A stretch of DNA of 64,000 bases from Myxococcota bacterium (GTDB lineage: Bacteria; Myxococcota_A; UBA796; CAJQPC01), in NCBI GenBank assembly GCA_036012755.1, contig DASCPX010000129.1, positions 103,010 through 167,009 on the forward strand, read 5' to 3'. Made by a program: the position numbers and the translations under genes. Within the stretch, counting starts at the first letter, position 1; the number at the start of each line of letters is the position of its first letter. The notes beneath the pieces were generated by a model, which was not told the DNA's origin, searched no databases, and saw nothing but the letters and a program-made list of their open reading frames with translations. Below are positions 57,264 to 64,000 of the stretch, piece after piece.

Positions 57264-58826
57264 CTACCCCTGGAACTCCTGCGAGGCCGCCCTGTCCTTG
57301 GCCCGCTGGTTCTTCTGCATCGCGTCCGCGAAGCCCTTCACCATCGAGAGCGAGGGCTTCTCCATGTTGTAGAAGAGGAAGCTGAACAGGTTGGAAGCTT
57401 GTATGTACTTGTAGACGTGACGCCAGTGCTCGATACCCTCGAGGTGCCGGGCGAGGGTCACCGGCCGGAAGTAGAACTCCCGGTAGAACTGCCGGTGGTA
57501 CTCGATGATGTCTTCACTCTCGAGGCCCCAGGGCACGAAGGTCGGCTCCCAGAAGCTGTTCTCAGAGGTCGTCTCGCTGATGACCCGACCCCACTTGCTG
57601 CCTTCGCGCAGCCAGACCTCCATCTGTGGGGTCTGGGGCAACAGCGTGTTGATCTGGACCGTCACGTCGTGGAGAGGGATCGACTTGGCGAACTCTATCG
57701 TCTCGCGGATCGTGTCATGTGTGTCCGGCATGTGGCCGACCATGAAGAAGGCCTTGGGGCGCAGGCCGACCTCGTGAGCCCAGGTGATGGCGTTGCGGAT
57801 CTTCTCCTTCGTGATGCCCTTGGAGATGAACTCGAGGACCTCGTCGGAGCCGCTCTCGATGCCGAAGCGGGTGCGCCAGCAGCCGGCGTCCTTCATCCGC
57901 TGGAGCATCTCCCTGTCGACGACCTCGACTCGGGAGGAGCAGGTCCAGCTGACCCTCACCCCGCGCCGGATGATCTCGTCACAGATCTTCAACACGCGGC
58001 GCTTGTTGGCGCAGAAGAGCGAGTCGACGAAGGCGATGTCCTGGACGCCGAAGTCCCGGACCAGGTGCTCGATCTCGTCCACGATGGCCCTGGGATCCCT
58101 GGAGCGGTATCCGCTTCGGGACTTTTGGCAGAAGGCGCAGGCGTGCGGGCAGCCGCGTGAGGTGACCATCGCGAACTTGGGCATCGCGTGCTCGTCGACG
58201 GGCACGGGTTTGTAGAGATTTGGCGGGAGCAGGTGGCGGGACGGAAAGGGAAACTCGTCCAGCTTTCGGAAGGTCTTTCTGTGTGGCGTGTGGTGGATGG
58301 TGCCGTCATCGAGTCTGTAGACAATGCCTTCGATGCTGTCGGCTGTCCGTAGACCCTTGTAGAAGTCCACGACGTCACACATCGTGTGCTCGCCCTCGTG
58401 GATGACCCCGATGTCGAAGCACTCGTGCTCCATCGCCTCGTCGGGGAGCAGCGTGACGTGGTAGCCACCGAGCACGATCGGCACCTCGGGCAGGGCCTGC
58501 TTCAGCTTCTCGGCGAGCTCTATGGCGCCGTCGAAGACCACCGTGGTGCTGCCGATTCCGATGACGTCGGGCCTGAAGTCCCTGATGCGCCGGACGGTGG
58601 CGGGGATGTCGAGCTTCTCTGCAGCGGCGTCGATGCAGGCGAGGGTCTCTCCGCGGCGCTCCAGCACGGCGGCGATGTAGAGCAGGCCCAGGGGCGCCGA
58701 GTTGTAGAACAGGTAGGAGGTGACGGGGTCGACGTTCCCGTCGCGCAGCACCGAATCGAGCGGCGGGTTGATCAGGATGATGCGCAACGGGGGGCCTCCG
58801 AGGGAGCTGAGCATAGCGCTCGCCAC
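57264..58826 (-). CDS. B12-binding-domain radical SAM enzyme (class B), 520 aa
   Basis: Cobalamin-binding-like N-domain (APLGLLYIAAVL...VIGIGSTT...VLGGYHVT). Cluster motif SRGCPHACAFCQKS. Confidence 0.9.
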   Translation of the reverse strand: MASAMLSSLGGPPLRIILINPPLDSVLRDGNVDPVTSYLFYNSAPLGLLYIAAVLERRGETLACIDAAAEKLDIPATVRRIRDFRPDVIGIGSTTVVFDGAIELAEKLKQALPEVPIVLGGYHVTLLPDEAMEHECFDIGVIHEGEHTMCDVVDFYKGLRTADSIEGIVYRLDDGTIHHTPHRKTFRKLDEFPFPSRHLLPPNLYKPVPVDEHAMPKFAMVTSRGCPHACAFCQKSRSGYRSRDPRAIVDEIEHLVRDFGVQDIAFVDSLFCANKRRVLKICDEIIRRGVRVSWTCSSRVEVVDREMLQRMKDAGCWRTRFGIESGSDEVLEFISKGITKEKIRNAITWAHEVGLRPKAFFMVGHMPDTHDTIRETIEFAKSIPLHDVTVQINTLLPQTPQMEVWLREGSKWGRVISETTSENSFWEPTFVPWGLESEDIIEYHRQFYREFYFRPVTLARHLEGIEHWRHVYKYIQASNLFSFLFYNMEKPSLSMVKGFADAMQKNQRAKDRAASQEFQG

Positions 58827-58854
58827 CGAGTGTTAGGGTCCCCCACCACGGAGG

Positions 58855-59397
58855 TTGCAGCTGGCCGGGCCCGACGTCTTCAGCGACATGTTGGTTGGGA
58901 CTGAGCGGATCGTCGCCGTGCTCGGTGCTCCGGGTACCACCCGCGACAAGAAGGTCACCTGGTGGCAGGTCGCGCTCACCGAGTACCGCGTCCTGGTCGT
59001 GCGCATGTCCAGCGAGGAGGGCAAGACCTGGCACACGGAGGTGCGGTGGGCAAAGGACCGGCCCGCCATCGGTGTCGCCCAGTACCCCCGGGCGGGCGAG
59101 GCTCGCGCACGCCTGGCGATCAGCGGCTTCCCAGAGCCCGTCGTGCTCATGGAGATCGACCAGCCGGACATCCACCCCCACCTCGCGCCCTTCCTGGTCG
59201 CGTGGGGCGCCGAGATCGAGGGTGTTCCAGAGGTCCCCGTGTCGATGGACGCTCCGAAGACAGAGGACGGCAAGACCGACCAGCAGCGGCTGATGGTCGC
59301 GGTCATCGGCGGGCTGGCGTTCATCGTGCTCTGCTGTGGCTGCGGTGGCGTGATGGTCTTCCTCAGAGACAGCATCGTGGCCTTCGTCAGCGGATGA
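58855..59397 (+). CDS. hypothetical protein with PH-like N-domain and C-terminal TM anchor
   Basis: C-terminal TM LMVAVIGGLAFIVLCCGCGGVMVFL. Start uncertain (TTG 58855 or ATG 58888). The stop overlaps the next ATG (ATGA). Confidence 0.5.
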   Translation: MQLAGPDVFSDMLVGTERIVAVLGAPGTTRDKKVTWWQVALTEYRVLVVRMSSEEGKTWHTEVRWAKDRPAIGVAQYPRAGEARARLAISGFPEPVVLMEIDQPDIHPHLAPFLVAWGAEIEGVPEVPVSMDAPKTEDGKTDQQRLMVAVIGGLAFIVLCCGCGGVMVFLRDSIVAFVSG

Positions 59398-60347
59398 AGG
59401 ACCTGGCGCGCTGGGCCTTCTGGGTGCCCTTCCGCGAACTCCTCGATCCCCACCGTCCCGAGCAGCTTGCTCGGCTCTACCCCCTCTGGCGCCTGCAATA
59501 TCGGAGCGGCGGCGCTCAGCGTCAGCTCATGCGCGAGGAGCTCCAGCGCTGCTTCGGGGTCGGCGAGGAGACCGTGCGCGAGGCCTACCGCGTCGCCTTC
59601 CGGGTGCACCTCGAGGAGCTCCTGCTGGGCAAGCTGGACCCCGACACGGTGGGCCTCTACATGCGCTGGGAGGGGCGCGAGAACCTGGACGCCGCGATGG
59701 AGCGCGGGCGCGGGGCGGTCCTCGCGCTGCCCCACGCCGGCAACGTCATGATGATGATCGCGCTGCTGGCGCTGTCCGGCTACCGCTACACCCAGTACGC
59801 GGCGCGGGGACTGGCGCCAGAGGACGTCGCGCGGGCCAACCCTCGCGAGTTCGGCCACAACCGCTGGCGCACCGCCGTCAGGCAGGCCCGAGAGGACAAC
59901 GAGGACCGCCTGCCAGCCTCCTTCCTCACCCTCGATGTCTCGGTGCGCGAGCTCTACCGCCGCCTCGGGCGGAACGAGACCGTCGGGATCGCGTACGACG
60001 GGCGCATCGGGAACAAGTTCGTCCTCTTCGACTACCTCGGCCGGCGGGCGCTGTTGAACCCCGGCCCCTTCCGCATGGCGGCCTCCACTGGCGCGGCGCT
60101 CGTGCCCATGTTCAACGCCTGTCCTGCCGGCGGCCCCAACGTCTGCCACGTCGCCGAGCCGCTGTATGGCAAGGACTGGCGCGACCTCGCCGAGCGCTTC
60201 CTCGCAGTGGCCCAGGCGTGGCTGCGAGCCCACCCAGCCGAGTACGGCATCTGGCTGGCCCACGCCCGCGAGCGCCGAGCGGTGGACGACCACCCCTTCT
60301 TCGTCGACTACGCCCCTGACGCCCGCTGGCAGAAGTGGCAGGAGTAG
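59394..60347 (+). CDS. LpxL/HtrB-family (lipid A biosynthesis-type) lysophospholipid acyltransferase
   Basis: Family layout with the catalytic block AVLALPHAGNVMMM (H-x-G-N, cf. HxGNWE) and a later YDGRIGNKFV...GPFRMAASTGAALVP. Confidence 0.8.
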   Translation: MKDLARWAFWVPFRELLDPHRPEQLARLYPLWRLQYRSGGAQRQLMREELQRCFGVGEETVREAYRVAFRVHLEELLLGKLDPDTVGLYMRWEGRENLDAAMERGRGAVLALPHAGNVMMMIALLALSGYRYTQYAARGLAPEDVARANPREFGHNRWRTAVRQAREDNEDRLPASFLTLDVSVRELYRRLGRNETVGIAYDGRIGNKFVLFDYLGRRALLNPGPFRMAASTGAALVPMFNACPAGGPNVCHVAEPLYGKDWRDLAERFLAVAQAWLRAHPAEYGIWLAHARERRAVDDHPFFVDYAPDARWQKWQE

Positions 60348-60412
60348 GGGTCGGCGAGGTCGACAGCCCCGAGCCAGACGGGACACACTGAGCCCTTCGA
60401 GAGGTAGGACAG

Positions 60413-61950
60413 ATGTGGATCCTCCTGATGGCCTGCAGCCCAGAGTCACAGCCCGAGGTGCTCGGACCCTAGGTCCACCTCGAGCCGGCCGCAGTGGACT
60501 TCGGCTCGTTCTCGGCTGGCACCACCGCCTCCGAGGTCGTCACGCTGCGGAACCTCGGTGACGAGGACCTCGCCATTCTCGATCTTCGCGTCGACGACCT
60601 CGACGCCGGCGTGGACCTCGGCCCGCTCGGCCAGGTCCTGTTGGGGCCAGGCGAGGACACCGACTTCGTCCTCTCCTTCTCTCCGCAGACCGCCCAGGGG
60701 CTCGAGACGCGCCTGTGGGTCGACTCGAACGACCCCGAACGGCCCTCGGTCGAGGTGCCCATCGAGGGTGTCGGCGTCGCACCGATCCTCGACGTGGAAC
60801 CGCTGGAGTACGACTTCGGGACCGTCTACCTGGGCTGCGACCTCAGCCAGATCCTGAGCCTCTCGAACGTCGGCAACGAGGCGCTCTCGATCGAGGAGCT
60901 CGCCTATGACGGCTCGGAGTTCTCCCTCGCCGAGGTCGAGGAGCTCCCCTGGACGCTGGAGCCCGAACAGCGCGTCGTCGTCGTCGTCGAGTACTCACCC
61001 GAGGAAGTGGGCGAGGCCACCGGCACCCTCACCATCGACAGCAGCGACCCGGCGAGCCCGCTCGAGGCCGTCCAGATGGGCGAGGGCGTTCTCTACGACG
61101 AGAGGACGGACACCTTCCAGCAGGTCCAGGCCACGGAGACCGACATCCTCCTCGCGGTGGACACCACCGGCGGCATGCTGGCGCACCTCTCCGACATGCG
61201 GGATCACTTCGCGGACTTCGTGGGCGCCCTGGAGGGGGTCGACTACCACATCGCCGTCGTGACGAGGGACGACGGCTGCGTGGCCGGCGACCAGCCCTAC
61301 ATCGACAGCAGTATGTCCCTGGACGAGCAGGAGACGGTCTTTGCCGCGATGCTCTGCGCTGATGGCTCCGAGGTGGCGTGTGGAGGGGGAGACGACGCCG
61401 AGCGCGGCTTCATGCTCCTGGAGTCCGCCCTGGACGACTCGAACCTCTCGGGCTGCAACGCCGGCTTCTACCGCGAGGACGCCACGCTCGACCTCGTCGG
61501 TGTCGCCGATGACCCCGATCAGTCCGACAACGACTACAGCTACTACGTCTCGCTCTTCCAGAGCATGAAGTCGGACCCTGACGACGTCGTCATTCACGCC
61601 ATCGGGGGGGACTACCCGGCCGGTTGTGGGAAGGTGCCCCCTACAGCGGGTTCTTCGAGGCGACGGTCGCCACCGGCGGCCAGCTCCTGAGCATCTGCAC
61701 GCCCGACTACGCCGAGCTGATGGACTCCCTGGGTGTCGCCGTTGCCGCGACGGTGTTCACGGACAGCTTCTACCTGACCGGGATCCCGGTGCCGGCCACC
61801 ATCGAGGTCGTCGTCGACGACGTCACGGTGACGACCGGCTGGAGCTACGACAGCGACGACAACACAATCGTCTTCGAAGAGCCCCATGTGCCCGATGCCA
61901 ACTCCACGATCGAGGTCTCCTACGGGCGCTACGGGGACTGCGACGACTAA
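60413..61950 (+). pseudogene. lipoprotein with two choice-of-anchor-D/ASH-like domains and a VWA-like domain, interrupted by an in-frame TAG and a frameshift
   Basis: ATG 60413 encodes MWILLMACSPESQPEVLGP, then TAG (60470-60472), and the same frame continues VHLEPAAVDFGSFSAG.... At about 61628-61633 the frame shifts: ...YPAGCG / EGAPYSGFFEATVATGGQLLSIC continues in track ORF 61624..61950. This is consistent with loss of one G from GGGG. Confidence 0.7.
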
Positions 61951-61954
61951 GGCA

Positions 61955-63151
61955 TCAGTCGAGGTATCCGGCAGCCCGGAGCAGCTCTTCGACCTCGAAC
62001 TCGATGTCGCCATCGTCCCGACCATCCTCGAGCAGTCGGGCCCCGTGCGCGGCGAGGTCCTTGTCCTGCACCGGCGTGCGCACACCGGCGACCTCTGAGT
62101 AGGTGACTCCCTCTGACCAGACCCTCTTGTCGTCGCCCCACCGGGCGACCTCGGTCGAGCAGAAGGCCTCGCCGTGGGTGCGTGCGCAGCGGCGGAGGTG
62201 GGGCCAGGCCTCGCTGATCGGAGCGTGGCGTTTTCTGGACTCGAGCAAGAGCGCGTGGGCGTCCATCGCCGACAGCCAGCCCTCCGGCAGGGTCCCAGTC
62301 GAGGTGTACAGCGGCACCACCGCGTTCTCGTCCCAGACGTTCTGGCCGTGGTCGAGGAGCCCGTGCTCGCCGAGCAGCTCGCCGTGATCGGAGGTGATGA
62401 CGACCCGGCAGTTTTCTCCACAGTGGGCGCTCAGGATGGCGCCGAGCGAGGCATCCGCTCGCCGGACCGCGTTGTCGTAGAGCAGGTCGATGCGTGCCTT
62501 CAGCGGCAGCCACTGCGTCTCGGGCAGCTCGCCTCGCATGTAGCGCGCCCACTCCCTGTTCTCGTCCGTCTTGTTCCAGCGGAGCCCGACCGCGCCTGGG
62601 ACGCTCGGCCAGGGCTGGTGAGCGTCCCCGATGTTCACGAACAAGAACGTCGATCGTTCAGGATCCAGCTGGCTGACCAGGGCGTCGACCCGCGCCGGCA
62701 GCTCGGGCCCGAAGTAGAGCCCCCAGGCGGGCGCCACGTCGACGGTGTCGAAGCCGCGCAGCAGGCCCATCTGCTCGCTGACGACCGGGTTTCCGGAGAC
62801 CGCCACGGTCTGGTAGCCCTTGTCCGCGAAGTGCTCGGCAAGGGTCGGCAGCGCCTCGTTCAGCGGCCGGCTCCGCGCACCGGTGCCAGAGAGATCGTCG
62901 ACGCCGCTGGTGATGCAGTGGGCGTGGTGGTCGACTGGCATCGTGCCTGTCATGAAGGAGGCGTGGGAGGGCAGGGTCCACGAGCCCGGGGCCACCGCCG
63001 TGCAGGAGAGGCTGCCCTCGAGCGCCTCGAGGTTCGGCGAGGTCTCGGTGTCGTACCCGCAGGCGCTGAGCCGATCGGCGCGGACGGTGTCCAGGACGAT
63101 GAAGATCACCGTCTCGGGCGGAGACGAGCAGGCCAGGAGGAGCCAGAACAC
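61955..63151 (-). CDS. sulfatase/alkaline-phosphatase-superfamily lipoprotein
   Basis: GTG 63151 gives the leader MFWLLLAC. VIFIVLDTVRADRL, TLPSHASFMTG and VVITSDHGELLGEHGL are core blocks of the sulfatase-like hydrolase/transferase fold. The track ORF extension to 63739 is junk. Confidence 0.7.
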   Translation of the reverse strand: MFWLLLACSSPPETVIFIVLDTVRADRLSACGYDTETSPNLEALEGSLSCTAVAPGSWTLPSHASFMTGTMPVDHHAHCITSGVDDLSGTGARSRPLNEALPTLAEHFADKGYQTVAVSGNPVVSEQMGLLRGFDTVDVAPAWGLYFGPELPARVDALVSQLDPERSTFLFVNIGDAHQPWPSVPGAVGLRWNKTDENREWARYMRGELPETQWLPLKARIDLLYDNAVRRADASLGAILSAHCGENCRVVITSDHGELLGEHGLLDHGQNVWDENAVVPLYTSTGTLPEGWLSAMDAHALLLESRKRHAPISEAWPHLRRCARTHGEAFCSTEVARWGDDKRVWSEGVTYSEVAGVRTPVQDKDLAAHGARLLEDGRDDGDIEFEVEELLRAAGYLD

Positions 63152-63217
63152 GCCCTCTTGTAAGGTGTGGCGGTCGAAAGTGTGAAGCTGATCTAAAGGC
63201 GAGGTTCCACGGGCCGT

Positions 63218-64000
63218 ATGGGGTGTGTGCACCTCGAGGAACGACTCCGAAGAACGATCGGCCCCGCCCGCCTCGCCTGGGCTGACCTCCCTCCGCCCAT
63301 CGAGCTGGTCCGTGTCCGCCGCACCCTCGGGCGCACCGACCTGGATGTCGCCACCGTCGGTCGCATCGTCGCCGGTGACCGTGTCCTGGCCCGCAGGCTC
63401 GTCCGGATCGCCAACTCCGGCTTCTTCGGGCTCCCGCGACGGGTGAGCGATCCGCGGCACGCGGTGGCCTTCCTCGGGCTCGACGCCGTCCGGCGGATCG
63501 CCTCCACCCTCGCGATCCTGAACGCCTTCCCAGGCAACACCTCCCATGGCGGACGGCGCCTGCGGCGGCACGCACAGACCACCACGCTGGTCACCCGCAG
63601 CTTCGCCGCCCGCTTCGAGCCGCTGCTCGACGCACGCGAGCTCTGGGCTCCCGCCATGCTCCACGAGCTCGGCAGCCTGGTCCTGTTGGCGAGCGCCCCG
63701 GACCGCTGGCAGCAGCTCAACCTCCATGCGGAGCGGCATGGCTGCACCCTGGACGAGTCAGAGCGCCTGCTGCGCCTTCCTCGGCGCCGAGACCTGGCCG
63801 CCCTGGTCGCCGGTCGCTGGGGGCTCGACCTCGATGGTCTGTGGCACGACACCACCGGGCCCACCGAGCGGGCGACTCGCCGCATCGTCGAGTCCGCGAG
63901 CGAGGTGACGATGCTCGCCTTCCGGACACTGCGCCAGAGCTCGCGGGAGTACCTGCAGGTGAGGGTCTGCACCCGCCTCGGGATCCCCCTGGAGGCCTTC
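63218..64000 (+). CDS. HDOD-domain protein, N-terminal 261 codons (3' end outside the window)
   Basis: Not in the ORF track because there is no stop inside the window. ATG 63218 follows an in-frame TAA (63194). My translation gives ...VATVGRIVAGDRVLARRLVRIANSGFFGLPRRVSDPRHAVAFLGLDAVRRIAS..., the HDOD signature. The frame is open to nt 64000. Confidence 0.8.
   Translation, partial: MGCVHLEERLRRTIGPARLAWADLPPPIELVRVRRTLGRTDLDVATVGRIVAGDRVLARRLVRIANSGFFGLPRRVSDPRHAVAFLGLDAVRRIASTLAILNAFPGNTSHGGRRLRRHAQTTTLVTRSFAARFEPLLDARELWAPAMLHELGSLVLLASAPDRWQQLNLHAERHGCTLDESERLLRLPRRRDLAALVAGRWGLDLDGLWHDTTGPTERATRRIVESASEVTMLAFRTLRQSSREYLQVRVCTRLGIPLEAF

Noticed and set aside
63193-63972. 259-aa minus-strand ORF at the 3' end of the window.
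   Set aside because: It is antisense shadow of the HDOD gene, with Arg/Ser-rich junk translation.

Overview
High-GC (~68-70%), densely coding chromosomal segment. Its gene content looks Myxococcota-like: sigma-54 activators including an FHA-type one, many lipoproteins, and Cys/Asp-rich 'metal-binding motif' repeats. That taxonomic call is inference only. I support about 55 protein genes. No rRNA, tRNA, CRISPR array or mobile element was seen.

Recognisable housekeeping or enzyme genes:
- thyX, map, thiG/thiE, a type-I asparaginase
- an OPT transporter and a heterodimeric ABC exporter
- a thioester-containing alpha-2-macroglobulin
- an ALDH / unknown / GMC-oxidoreductase operon
- a histidine kinase plus two sigma-54 enhancer-binding proteins

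The most unusual content is a concentration of envelope-modification genes:
- a 5-gene operon of two PKD-repeat lipoproteins, a secreted protein and two GT-C-type membrane glycosyltransferases
- a GT4 / TMTC-like TPR O-glycosyltransferase / B12-radical-SAM operon
- a second B12-radical-SAM enzyme next to an LpxL-family acyltransferase
- an MBOAT pair
- a polyprenol-kinase-like gene upstream of the ABC exporter

Other notable observations:
- at least 10 genes begin with ultrashort (7-11 aa) lipobox leaders
- a well-formed sigma-54 promoter drives an orphan 62-aa ORF
- several genes look disrupted or truncated (homopolymer frameshifts, one in-frame TAG, a deleted DUF1800/DUF1501 pair)
- an HDOD gene at the 3' edge is absent from the ORF track

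All functional calls rest on motif recognition by eye. No database search was run. Many long ORFs in the track are high-GC shadow frames and were discarded.
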